Assembly: GCA_963769935.1 (NCBI GenBank)
Contig: CAVYNY010000017.1
Location: 32,001 to 96,000 of the forward strand
Source: an uncultured delta proteobacterium
GTDB taxonomy: Bacteria; Desulfobacterota; Desulfobacteria; Desulfobacterales; JAFDCJ01
Direction: 5' to 3'
DNA length: 64,000 nt
In this document: positions 10,019 through 20,192 of the stretch, in pieces
How positions within the stretch are numbered: position 1 is the stretch's first letter
Layout: the number at the start of each line of letters is the position of its first letter
Program-made: the position numbers and the translations under genes
Notes under the pieces: generated by a model
What the model was told of the DNA's origin: nothing
Seen by the model: only the letters and a program-made list of their open reading frames with translations
Databases searched by the model: none

Positions 10019-10176
10019 AGGGCTCACTCAAAAATAACTTCACATTTTATACGCCGCTGCATCCCACCCGGCTGCGTTGCGAAAGCTCGGAATATCCAGA
10101 AATTCCTGCGTTTTCGCACCTTGCCAGCCGAGCGCCGCAACGCCTGAAATTGTGGACTAATTTTTTCGTGAACCCT
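10019..10176. mobile_element. MITE-like element
   Basis: ~158 bp non-coding element with imperfect terminal inverted repeats AGGGCTCACTCAAAAATAACTTCACATTT / AAATTGTGGACTAATTTTTTCGTGAACCCT and an internal palindrome. Confidence 0.6.
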
Positions 10177-10381
10177 TTTCAGAAGAAATACAACATTATT
10201 GCCGGAATTCAAGGGGATCGCCGATGAGTTTTTCCGCGAATCCGGCTATTCTTGCTGGGATAAATATAGGCTTTATATTCAAAGGAATGCCTGGCATGCG
10301 AGTCCTGAAGGAGATTCAATCCTGCAAGTAAAGAATCCTGGCCCACAGGACCAGGTTTTAAATGTCGGAACAAAAAAGGAA

Positions 10382-11179
10382 TTATTTTCTTGATTTCATC
10401 CATTTCAGATATGAGGTGGGGCTGCTGAGTTCAGTTAGTTTTAATTTGCGGTCCAGATTCGTGCTTCTCATCCACAGCAGGCCGTACTGATCTTCATTGT
10501 CATATTTAAGCATGACCTCAGTGAGGCCTTCCGACCATAAATATCTCTCGCCGGCCCCCTTGATTTGGTTGCCTTGGCCGAATTGGTTAAAGACCGCATC
10601 GCGCAGGGCGGTGTAATTCGCCGGTCCCTGGATCCAGACCGTAACTGTGTAAAGCTGATCCTTCCAGAAAGAATAAATTACGGCTGTCAGGGCGGCCTCA
10701 CCGAGTTTTAAAACATCTGCCGGCCGAACATATTCTATGACTTCATCCAGTCCCGAATCGATCGGCCTTTTCTCCAGTCCTATCAGACCGGACAGCCGGA
10801 CGCCCCACTTCAGATCGTTAAAACCGTCCTTGCGCAAAACAAGGGCTTTATCTGCCGGCCGGGGCTGTGATTGTGCGGTGGAAACGGAGTCCTCCGCCGG
10901 CTGTGGATTGCTTTGTTTTATGTCGGCCGGGTTTTGATTCTCAGGGGCACCGGATTTTTCCGGCACGCCGCTGGTGCTTTCAATGCGTACAACTTTGCTT
11001 TGCGGTATGCTGGCTTTCAGTCCCTGCAGAATAAACCATACCTGATCCGAATCCTGCCAGGCCCTTTCGACTTTTAATTCGTTACCGTTTTTCAAATGCA
11101 AAATGTCAGTCCACGCCGTCAGCGGTATTAAAATCAAAAATAAAACAGCAGCCGTCATGTGACAGGTTCTGGGAGTCAT
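10382..11179 (-). CDS. Exported hypothetical protein
   Basis: Signal peptide, DILHLKNG small N-domain, low-complexity linker, C-terminal domain starting DGFNDLKWG. Confidence 0.75.
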   Translation of the reverse strand: MTPRTCHMTAAVLFLILIPLTAWTDILHLKNGNELKVERAWQDSDQVWFILQGLKASIPQSKVVRIESTSGVPEKSGAPENQNPADIKQSNPQPAEDSVSTAQSQPRPADKALVLRKDGFNDLKWGVRLSGLIGLEKRPIDSGLDEVIEYVRPADVLKLGEAALTAVIYSFWKDQLYTVTVWIQGPANYTALRDAVFNQFGQGNQIKGAGERYLWSEGLTEVMLKYDNEDQYGLLWMRSTNLDRKLKLTELSSPTSYLKWMKSRK

Positions 11180-11206
11180 TTCAAATTTTAGCTCATTTTC
11201 TCAACA

Positions 11207-11926
11207 TTAAGGTTGCATGGAAACAATGATTTCAACACGGCGATTTTTTCGGCGGCCTTCTTCGGTATCGTTGGAAGCCAGCGCACGATACTCGCCGAAG
11301 CCCATGGTTGATAATCTCCTCGGATCAATGGCAGTGGATTTGAGCAAGAATTCAGCCACCGATCCGGCGCGTGCCATGGACAATCCCAGGTTGGATTTAA
11401 ACGGACCACCCTCCAAAGGCACATTGTCCGTGTGACCGGCAATGATCAGCTCCCCCCTGGTTTTGCTCAGGACCTCTCCAATTTTAAGCAGCAGCGGCTC
11501 GAATTCTTTTTTAAGCCTGGCCTGCCCGGTATCAAAGGTGGCCTCCCCCAGCATGCGGATGGTAACCTGGTCTTCCTTCACCGATACATCCACAAACTCT
11601 TTAAATTCCTGGAATTCGTTTTCCAGTTCCTCCAGGACCGGATCAACGACATCTTGTACTTTAATTAAAACTATTGTCTGGTCGAATTCTTTGGCAATCA
11701 TTTTCTGACCTTTGGGGGATTCGAAGACCGGTTTTTTACGCTGCATCCCGAAGGCGTTTTTTAAAGAACCGGATACGACCCGGTATTTGTTGCGGTCCGT
11801 CTCGGAAAACGACAGCATGAGAATGAAAAAGCAGAGCAGCAGGCTCATTAGATCCCCGAAGGTTACCATCCATGCCGGCGCGCCCTCTTCAACTTCCTCG
11901 ACAACCGTCTGGGCTTCATCACTCAC
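11207..11926 (-). CDS. motB: Flagellar stator MotB/PomB
   Basis: APAWMVTFGDLMSLLLCFF with conserved Asp; OmpA-like C-terminus (GHTDN, NRRVEI). Confidence 0.92.
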   Translation of the reverse strand: MSDEAQTVVEEVEEGAPAWMVTFGDLMSLLLCFFILMLSFSETDRNKYRVVSGSLKNAFGMQRKKPVFESPKGQKMIAKEFDQTIVLIKVQDVVDPVLEELENEFQEFKEFVDVSVKEDQVTIRMLGEATFDTGQARLKKEFEPLLLKIGEVLSKTRGELIIAGHTDNVPLEGGPFKSNLGLSMARAGSVAEFLLKSTAIDPRRLSTMGFGEYRALASNDTEEGRRKNRRVEIIVSMQP

Positions 11927-12708
11927 TATGCGGCACCCCCGCTTTTGACTTTTGGCACGACTTTCAAACGATCTTTGGGCGAGAGATGAATTTTAAGCGT
12001 CTCCTGAAAGACCATGCCGGATAAACCGCGCGCGATACCGAGGGCGGCATCGAGAATAAGATTTTTGGTCACCTGTTCCTGCTGGCTTCTGAGCGCAAGC
12101 TTATCTGCCAGGGGTAAAAAAGCCAGGTTGGACAGCACGGCCCCGTAGAGGGTGGTTAAAAGGGCTACGGCCATAGCCGGACCGATGTCCTGCGGGTTGG
12201 CCATATTGCCCAGCATTTGAACCAATCCGATGAGGGTTCCGATCATTCCGAAGGCGGGTGCCGATCCCCCCATGCCTTTGAAGACTTTTTGCCCGGTTAA
12301 GTGGCGCTGGATGGTTAGATTGATGTCTTTGTTCAGCAACTCCTTAATTTGCTCCTCGTCAAAGCCGTCTGCCAGGAACTGAAAAGCTTTGGCGGCAAAA
12401 TCATCATCCGGTTTTTCGTTTTCCAAAGCCATCAATCCTCTTTCCTTGGCGACTTTAGCGATGCCCACCATCTTTTCCATGATTTGGTCCGGCGGTTGAA
12501 TTTTAACCGCGAAGGCCTTCATGGCAACCCGGAACGAATTGACGACATCGGACATTGTAAATTTGATAAAGCAGGTGGCTACCGTACCGCCGACAACAAT
12601 CAACAGGCCCGGTATATTGACAAATATCAGCGCATTGCCGCCGGTAACGATGGCCAGAGCAATTAAAAATGTACCACCGACCAGCCCTATGATGGTTGCT
12701 ATATCCAA
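11926..12708 (-). CDS. motA: Flagellar stator MotA/PomA
   Basis: MDIATIIG, APAFGMIGTLIGLVQML, IGPAMAVALLTTLYG. Confidence 0.92.
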   Translation of the reverse strand: MDIATIIGLVGGTFLIALAIVTGGNALIFVNIPGLLIVVGGTVATCFIKFTMSDVVNSFRVAMKAFAVKIQPPDQIMEKMVGIAKVAKERGLMALENEKPDDDFAAKAFQFLADGFDEEQIKELLNKDINLTIQRHLTGQKVFKGMGGSAPAFGMIGTLIGLVQMLGNMANPQDIGPAMAVALLTTLYGAVLSNLAFLPLADKLALRSQQEQVTKNLILDAALGIARGLSGMVFQETLKIHLSPKDRLKVVPKVKSGGAA

Positions 12709-13101
12709 ATTATCAACACCTGCTCTTCATCAGAGCCGCCACCCGTGGCCCTGAAACTGTTGGTCATCTATCTATTTGAAATTTTTAAAATATGAGAGAG
12801 GATGATTTGAATACCGTTTCCACATTCCACTTTATCGAAGATTAATTCAACACCCCTTTGATCGGCCAATCGGGCCAAAACTTAAGTGAAAATCCGCCTA
12901 AAAAGGAGATCATTTCAATTATTCGCCGCCAATACCTATCAGTATTTGTTATGCTTATTGATTGACATGGGCCGGCATTTGTTCGTATTATGAGCCCAAA
13001 TCAATTACCGGCCTTTCAGAATCCGTGAATTGAGCCGTCTAAATAATCAAATAAACGGAAAAAATTTAATTAATGGCAAACAGCAGCTCCGGGATTGGAA
13101 C

Positions 13102-13686
13102 ATGGTGAAAGTATTGTTTTGTACATTGGTAGGCCTGCTAATGGTAGGCCAGTCAGTTATGGCGGCAGATGACGCTTCTGCTGAAGCGGTATTGAAGAAG
13201 AATCTGGCGGCCGTATTTGCGGTCCTGGAAAAAAAGGACCTGGTCCAGGAGACGAAAAACAAGGAAATCGTCGATATCGTAACTCCGATGTTTGATTTTT
13301 CTCTGATGGCCAAGCTGACGTTGGGGAAAAAATACTGGTCCGGCCTCACCGGGGACCAAAAGGAAAAATTTACCCAACTATTTATCAATCGCCTGCGGAC
13401 ATCCTATCTTGGCCGGCTTACCCTCTATACGGATGAAAAAGTTGTTTATGAACCGCCTGTCGAGAACAACCAAAAAATTAATATTCCGACACATCTGGTC
13501 TCCCAAGACAGGAAGATATCCATTTTGTACAAGTTTTATGATTCAGAGCCCGGATGGAAAGTTTATGATTTAGAGATTCAGGGTGTCAGCATTATCCGAA
13601 GCTACCGGGAGCAGTTTGACCAGATCCTGCAGAATGGGACGTTTGAAGATCTGCTGGCGAAGATGGAAAAACCGGGCGTAGAATAG
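13102..13686 (+). CDS. MlaC/Ttg2D (HpnM-like) periplasmic lipid-binding protein
   Basis: Signal peptide, FDFSLMAKLTLGKKYW, WKVYDLEIQGVSIIRSYREQF. Confidence 0.88.
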   Translation: MVKVLFCTLVGLLMVGQSVMAADDASAEAVLKKNLAAVFAVLEKKDLVQETKNKEIVDIVTPMFDFSLMAKLTLGKKYWSGLTGDQKEKFTQLFINRLRTSYLGRLTLYTDEKVVYEPPVENNQKINIPTHLVSQDRKISILYKFYDSEPGWKVYDLEIQGVSIIRSYREQFDQILQNGTFEDLLAKMEKPGVE

Positions 13687-13807
13687 AAACTGCTTAAAAG
13701 TTCGGATCCGGCTGGCGCATTGGCCCTGATTATGTCGGGGCATTGCGCGCTGCAACGAGGTTTAAAACTGATCCTTAAATCTTCAATTTCCAAGTCTAAA
13801 ATTACCT

Positions 13808-16332
13808 ATGAGTGGATTGCCGCCCCTGCTGATAAATTTTTACGATAAGCTTGTGTTGAAGCGACCGCGAATCATTTTGTTCTGTCTTTTGGTGCTGGTT
13901 TCTTTTCTGGGATATAAGGCCAAAGATTTTAAACTGGATGCCTCTGCCCAAACGCTGATTATCGAAACCGACCAAGACTTGCGCTACTCCCAGATGATCA
14001 GATCCCGTTATGGGGGATATGACTATCTTATGTTGACCTATACTCCGAAGGACGATTTGTTCGCGGACCACGTCCTGAAAACGCTTGGACGGCTGCGAAT
14101 GATTTAAGACGGCTGCCGAGTGTGGCGGAGGTGGTTTCCATCCTGGATGCGCCGTTGCTGGAGAGCCCGCCGGCGCCGGTTAAGCAGTTGGCCACCAGCA
14201 TCGAGACGCTCGAATCGCCCACCGTTGACAGGAGGCTGGCTAAAATCGAATTCGCCGGCAGCCCGCTTTATCGCAACCTGTTGGTCAGCGCGGACCTCAA
14301 AACAACGGCCCTTCAAATTAAATTTCATCCCGATGAGGTCTATGAGCAATTGTTGACCCGGCACGATCAGTTGCTGGCAAAACAGCGGCAGGGTGCGCTT
14401 ACGGCGGCCGAGCATGATGAATTAAAAAGAGTCGCTGCGGAAATTGAAAATCGACAGGACGAGCTAAAGGAAATCCGCCACCGGGACATTGCTGCAATTC
14501 GCGAGATAATGGACCGTTACCGCGGCGATGCCGAGCTTTTTCTGGGCGGTATCAGCATGGTTACCGACGATCTGATCAGCTTTATCAAGAATGATTTGAA
14601 AATATTCGGGCTCGGAGTACTGTTTTTTCTGATAGCCGCCTTAGGCATGATATTTCGCAGCAAGCGCTGGGTGATACTGCCGATTCTTTGCTGTGCATCT
14701 GCGGCCATTGCCATGATGGGTCTGCTGGGGATGTTCGACTGGCCGGTGACGGTGATATCTTCCAATTTCATTTCCTTACAACTCATTGTCACAATGGCCA
14801 TGACGATCCATTTGATCGTACGCTATCGGTTGCTTCTGGCTAATAATCCCGCCGCCGAACAGCGCCAGCTTATACTCGATACCGTGCGGCAGATGATGAC
14901 ACCCTGTCTTTTTGCCGCCCTGACGACAATTGCCGGTTTCGGCTCGCTTTTATTCTGCAATATCCTGCCGGTCAAAACATTTGGATGGATGATGATCGCC
15001 GGTATTTCGGTATCGCTGATTCTGACATTTTTGATATTTCCGGCCGGTCTGATGCTGATGAAAAAGAAAACGATTCCGCCCGCCGGAAAATCACGCTATT
15101 CATTGACATCGTTTTTGGCCGGATTTACGGAAGCCCACGGCACCGCCATTCTGGCTGCCGGCAGCATCATCTTTATTATCAGCGCCGTCGGCATATCCCG
15201 GCTGACCGTAGAAAACAGCTTCATTGACTATTTTAAAGATTCTACCGAAATCTACCGGGGCATGAAGGTCATCGATCAAAAGCTGGGCGGCACCACGCCC
15301 CTGGATGTCATCATTGGACTTGATGGATCCGGCAAGCCGAAAACGGCGGCGCCTGCCAAGACCGCCGGGATCGATGCAAACAGCGACGATGAATTTGATA
15401 AATTCGATGAATTCGAAAAAAAAGATGATAACGATAAATATTGGTTTACTGCAGGCAAGATGGCGCTGGTCACCAGGATTCACAATTACCTTGACGGTTT
15501 GCCGGAAACCGGAAAAGTGCTTTCGCTGGCCACCATGCTCAAAATTGCTGAAAAGTTAAACCATGGCAAGCCGCTGGACAATTTTCAACTGGCCCTGCTG
15601 TACAGCGAACTGCCCGCGAAGTTCAGAGACGTCGTGTTAAACCCATATGTATCCATGGCCCATGATCAGCTGCGTTTCTCCGATCCGGGTAAAGGATTCT
15701 GCCAAAACATTAAAACGGGACCTGCTTCTGAAAAAAATCAGATCCGATCTGAAGCAGAAATTCGGTTTGAAGCCGGATCAGATCCATATGACCGGACTGC
15801 TGGTGCTCTACAACAATATGCTGCAGAGTCTGTTTGAGTCACAGATCCTGACGCTGGCAATTGTGGTGCTGGCACTATTGGGAATGTTCTGGATCCTTTT
15901 CAGGTCTCTGAAAGTTGCTTTGATAGCGCTGGTACCCAATTTGCTGGCAGTTGGCGCGGTGCTGGGTTTTATGGGATGGCTGAACATTCCCCTTGATATG
16001 ATGACCATCACCATCGCGGCGATCAGCATGGGAATTGCTGTGGACAATACGATTCATTATATCTATCGATTCAAGAGGGAATTCAAAGTGAGCGCGGTTA
16101 CATCAACACGGTGCATTTTTGTCATGCAAGCATCGGCAGCGCCATGTATTACACGTCGGTTACCATCATCCTCGGTTTTTCCATCCTCGTTCTGTCCAAT
16201 TTCCTTCCCAGCATCTATTTCGGTCTGCTGACGGGACTGGCCATGTTCATTGCGATGTTTGCCTCCCTGACGCTGCTGCCGCAATTGCTGGTCGTCTTAA
16301 AACCTTACGGGCCGGAAGATAGTGATAATTGA
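13808..16332 (+). CDS. MMPL/RND-family lipid transporter, split by three apparent frameshifts (~14095, ~15680, ~16090)
   Basis: Contiguous pieces 13808..14107, 14122..15837, 15647..16231 and 16111..16332 carry consecutive MMPL motifs (LTTIAGFGSL, ENSFIDYFK, GIAVDNTIHY, LGFSILVLSNF). Confidence 0.85.
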
Positions 16333-16501
16333 TTGCGGATTTTGGAGTTTTCATCCAATCCTTTTTCCCTTTACCGACGATGGGTCGGCGGCATTGCCAC
16401 CCCATATTTCTTTACAAAAATCTTCCTCAATAGTATAGACCATTCTGTCGTCTGTTTTCTGTCATCTGCTTTCTATCATCAGTCATCTTGTGAGCTGAGG
16501 A

Positions 16502-17767
16502 GTGCCGACGATGCAATACTTACCCGATCATGACCCCGAGGTTGCCGCAATTATCCGCCGGGAAGAAGCCAGAATTGAAGACACCCTGGATCTCATTGCT
16601 GCTGAAAATCATGCGCCGCGATCCATTTTTGAAGCGCAAGGATCCATCTTCAGCACCAAAGCGGCCGAAGGGTATCCGGGCAACCGTTTCCATGCCGGCT
16701 GCCGGCAGGCCGATGATTTGGAGCGTCTCGCAATATCAAGAGCCGGCCGTCTTTTTGGCGCGGATCATGCCAATGTGCAGCCCCACAGCGGAGTTTCAGC
16801 CAATCTTGCGGTTTACTTCGCGGTGCTTAATGTAGGCGACAGAATTCTTTCCATGAAATTATCCCACGGGGGGCATCTTTCCCATGGGGACCCGTCGTCA
16901 ATTACCAGCAAGTGTTTTAACTTCCGGCATTACGGCCTAAATCTTGAAACCGAGTACATCGATTATGACGAGGTCCAAGATCTGGCGCGGGATTTCGGGC
17001 CCCGTATGATCGTGGCCGGTGCCAGTTCCTATCCCCGGTTGATCGATTATGAAAAAATGGCGCAGATCGCTGCAAGTGTCTCAGCTTATCTGCTGGTGGA
17101 TATGGCCCACATTGCCGGGCTGGTTGCGGCCGGATTGATTCCCAGCCCGGTGCCGCATGCGGATTTTGTGACCTTTACCACCTACAAGACCCTTCAAGGG
17201 GGCCGGGGCGGCGTGATATTGTGCCGGCGGGACCATGCCAAAAAAATCAGTCGTGCCATCTTTCCGGGTGCCCAGGGAACGCCCTCCCTCAATCTGCTGG
17301 CCGCCAAAGCGGTGTGCTTCAAGCTGGCCATGGAGCCGGAATTTAAAAAACTGCAAAAAAAGACATTGGAAAATGCCGTTGCTTTAGCGGCCGGCTTCGA
17401 AAAGAAAGGTTATCGCCTTGTCACCGGCGGCACCGACAACCATTTGATTCTGCTTGATTTAAGACCAAAGGATTTAACCGGTGATGTTGCCGAACATACC
17501 CTGGAGTCGGTGGGAATCGTTGTCAACCGCAACGTCATTCCGGGAGATCCCCAAAGGCCGGAGGTCGCCAGCGGCATCAGAGCCGGCAGTCCGGGTATAA
17601 CGTCAAGGGGTATGGGAGCGAGCGAGGTTTTTCAAATCGTTGATTTGATGAATCGTGCCATGATCAACCGGCGAAATGGTGAGGTCCTGGCGCAGGTGTC
17701 AAAAGCGGTTGTCGATTTGTGCCGGAGGTTTCCGGTTTATAAAAAACAGGAAGAGGTTGTGATATGA
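16502..17767 (+). CDS. glyA: Serine hydroxymethyltransferase-family enzyme (divergent active site)
   Basis: LIAAEN, ANVQPHSG, HGGHLSHG, DMAHIAGLVAAG, PLP lysine in TTYKTL, GGTDNHL. Confidence 0.9.
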   Translation: MPTMQYLPDHDPEVAAIIRREEARIEDTLDLIAAENHAPRSIFEAQGSIFSTKAAEGYPGNRFHAGCRQADDLERLAISRAGRLFGADHANVQPHSGVSANLAVYFAVLNVGDRILSMKLSHGGHLSHGDPSSITSKCFNFRHYGLNLETEYIDYDEVQDLARDFGPRMIVAGASSYPRLIDYEKMAQIAASVSAYLLVDMAHIAGLVAAGLIPSPVPHADFVTFTTYKTLQGGRGGVILCRRDHAKKISRAIFPGAQGTPSLNLLAAKAVCFKLAMEPEFKKLQKKTLENAVALAAGFEKKGYRLVTGGTDNHLILLDLRPKDLTGDVAEHTLESVGIVVNRNVIPGDPQRPEVASGIRAGSPGITSRGMGASEVFQIVDLMNRAMINRRNGEVLAQVSKAVVDLCRRFPVYKKQEEVVI

Positions 17768-18426
17768 CCAAATTTGTTGAACTCAGCCACATTATCACAG
17801 ACGGCATGATAACGTATACCGGTCTTCCGGGCCCCATTATCAGAGACTATGTGAGCCGCGCTGCCTCGCGGGAACATTATGCCGCCGGCACAACATTTCA
17901 AATCGGCAAAATAGAGATGGTGGCGAACACCGGTACCTATATCGATGCGCCGTTTCATCGATATGAAGACGGCGGGGATTTGTCGCAGCTTAAAATTGGT
18001 TCGGCGGCCGACCTCGACGGATTGGTTGTTCATGCCGCTAAGGCGACCCGGGCAATAAAACCGGAGATTTTCAAAGGCCGGGATGTGAAAGACAAGGCTG
18101 TGCTGATCCATACCGGATGGGACAGGCATTGGGGGACAGGTCGGTATTTCGATGATTACCCGTATTTGACCGGGGAAGCGGCAGCGTTTCTGAAATCAGC
18201 GGGGGCCGTCCTCGTTGGGATAGACTCGCTGAACATAGACGACAACACAGATGGAACCCGGCCGGCCCATACCATCCTGCTGGGGGCAGAAATACCGATT
18301 GTCGAGCATCTGCACGACCTGGGGGCCCTGCCGGATTCCGGGTTTAAATTTTTCGCCGTTCCGGCCCCCATTAAAGGTATGGGATCTTTTCCGGTGCGGG
18401 CTTTCGCGATAATCAATTTGCCCTGA
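17764..18426 (+). CDS. Cyclase-family (kynurenine formamidase-like) protein
   Basis: NTGTYIDAPFH, VGIDSLNID, IPIVEHL, GSFPVRAFA; ATGA overlap with the SHMT gene. Confidence 0.9.
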   Translation: MTKFVELSHIITDGMITYTGLPGPIIRDYVSRAASREHYAAGTTFQIGKIEMVANTGTYIDAPFHRYEDGGDLSQLKIGSAADLDGLVVHAAKATRAIKPEIFKGRDVKDKAVLIHTGWDRHWGTGRYFDDYPYLTGEAAAFLKSAGAVLVGIDSLNIDDNTDGTRPAHTILLGAEIPIVEHLHDLGALPDSGFKFFAVPAPIKGMGSFPVRAFAIINLP

Positions 18427-18509
18427 TTGAAAACGCTCAATTGCGGGACAAGCACATGAAGTTCGATTTTTGCTTGAAAGTTGTATAAATATCGTATACA
18501 TCATTTTTG

Positions 18510-18765
18510 AAGGAGTGGGTCCCTCAAATAGGGTTCGACATATACGGAGAGGAGCAGAGACACTGATTTTAGGAGACAGAGAAGAACTAATTTGGAGGGA
18601 TGAGAAGATCTGCCGGGGGATATTCAAAAGGGAGCGAATGGCGCTCGCCACCGGGACTTACAGACGGATCATTTTCTCTCTCGGTTCATTTTTTCGAAAT
18701 TACAATTCGACCGGTAAAAAGATGCTCTGAAGTGGCTTCATGAACCTTAAGGACCCACTCTTCCT
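18510..18765 (+). ncRNA. Putative structured non-coding RNA or long leader
   Basis: Nested long-range complementarity (18513-22/18751-60; 18531-36/18742-47; 18607-12/18665-70; 18632-36/18642-46); 11 GGA motifs. Confidence 0.4.
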
Positions 18766-19167
18766 CTTATCCCGTGCCGCCATCGAAATCCCGGTTCGCT
18801 GAACCAGGACGCCTTACCTTTTCAAAGCGAGAATCATTTCGGAAGGAAATAACAGCTGTTGATGGTATCCGCGCGTTTTTATCTCAAATCCATTAAAACC
18901 GTTTGACCGCCGCTAATGTCCGCTAATTCAATCGTCCGGCTTCTAACACGGCTTTCTGCAATTTTACCCCAAATGTTATAAATAATCCTCTATCGATGGG
19001 AAGAAAAACAATTAACATCCGGCAGATTAGTGCTTGACACAAAATTTAATGGCAGGGTACAGTGCCCTGAAATTTGGGTTATTCTGTCTGTAAGCAAATC
19101 CTTAAGAAATTGCGCTTATGACTCAAGTCTGCTTCAGGACCGGATGTTTAGAAAAGGACCGGAATCA

Positions 19168-20130
19168 ATGACTCGTTTAAGCAGCGTTTTTCTGAAAGAT
19201 GTCGATCGTGTTGAGATAACTACCCTGATCGATAACTATGTCGACCTTATGCTGCAGGATACTCCCATTGTTAAAAGACCTCCGCTTTCAAATGGCAAAG
19301 AACTGCCCCGTGAAACCTTGACGGCGGAACACGGTCTTTCCCTCTTGGTTACGACCTGCCGGGGTTCTGAAAAGCATTCCGTGCTTTTGGATGCCGGGTA
19401 CAATAAAAATAGTGTGCTGCGCAACATCGATCAACTCGGCGTCGATATTCAATCTGTCGAAGCGATCGTTCTCAGCCATGCGCACATGGACCATGCCGGC
19501 GCATTATATTCCATCCTCGATAGAATATCGAAACCGATAGCGCTGGTTGTGCACCCGGATATTTTCTCGTTTCCTCGATTTTTGGAGGATAAAAACGGGA
19601 ACCGCGTATTTTTCCCCCGAACTATCATCAAAGAAGATATCGCAGCGACCGGCTTGACGCTTATCGAGAGCCGAACCCCCACCCTCATTGCCCATGATAC
19701 CATCGCTGTAACGGGCGAAGTGGAGAGGACAACCGATTTCGAGAAGGGGATGCCGAATGCCTATTTACAGGTGGATGGGCACTATCAGGAAGACCGCATT
19801 ATCGATGATCAATCCCTGGTCGTTCAACTGAAAAACAACCGCTTGGTCCTGATCACCGGCTGCTGCCACGCAGGCATTATCAACACCATCCGCTTTGCAC
19901 AGAAGTTGACGGGAATTGAGAACGTTTATGGGGTGCTCGGAGGGCTTCATCTGAGCGGCGCTTTTTTTGAAACGGTTATCGATAGAACCGTTGAAACATT
20001 AAAAGAGATCCATCCGGAAGTTATCGTCCCCATGCACTGCACCGGATGGAACGCCGCCAAAAAACTGGCAGATGCCTTGCCCGATTCATTTATAATAAAC
20101 AGCGTTGGATCAAAGTTTATATTAACCTGA
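19168..20130 (+). CDS. MBL-fold metallohydrolase
   Basis: AEHGLSL, SHAHMDHAG, DDQSL, TGCCHAG, GGLHL, PMHCTG. Confidence 0.9.
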   Translation: MTRLSSVFLKDVDRVEITTLIDNYVDLMLQDTPIVKRPPLSNGKELPRETLTAEHGLSLLVTTCRGSEKHSVLLDAGYNKNSVLRNIDQLGVDIQSVEAIVLSHAHMDHAGALYSILDRISKPIALVVHPDIFSFPRFLEDKNGNRVFFPRTIIKEDIAATGLTLIESRTPTLIAHDTIAVTGEVERTTDFEKGMPNAYLQVDGHYQEDRIIDDQSLVVQLKNNRLVLITGCCHAGIINTIRFAQKLTGIENVYGVLGGLHLSGAFFETVIDRTVETLKEIHPEVIVPMHCTGWNAAKKLADALPDSFIINSVGSKFILT

Positions 20131-20192
20131 AGCCCCCTGAAGGAATGGATCTTGTCAGGAAATAACTGCTTCAGCCAAAGGAGATTATCCCG

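Noticed and set aside
11207..12708. Zorya ZorA/ZorB anti-phage system
   Set aside because: MotA is 260 aa with canonical stator motifs and no long ZorA tail; no zorC/D/E-like helicase or nuclease is adjacent
13808..16332. Programmed frameshifting or a true multi-gene split of the MMPL transporter
   Set aside because: No slippery heptamers at the breaks, and the same indel pattern affects many unrelated genes
18470..18730. 86-aa ORF as a real protein
   Set aside because: TTG start without RBS, no recognisable motifs, and it overlaps a region better explained by RNA secondary structure
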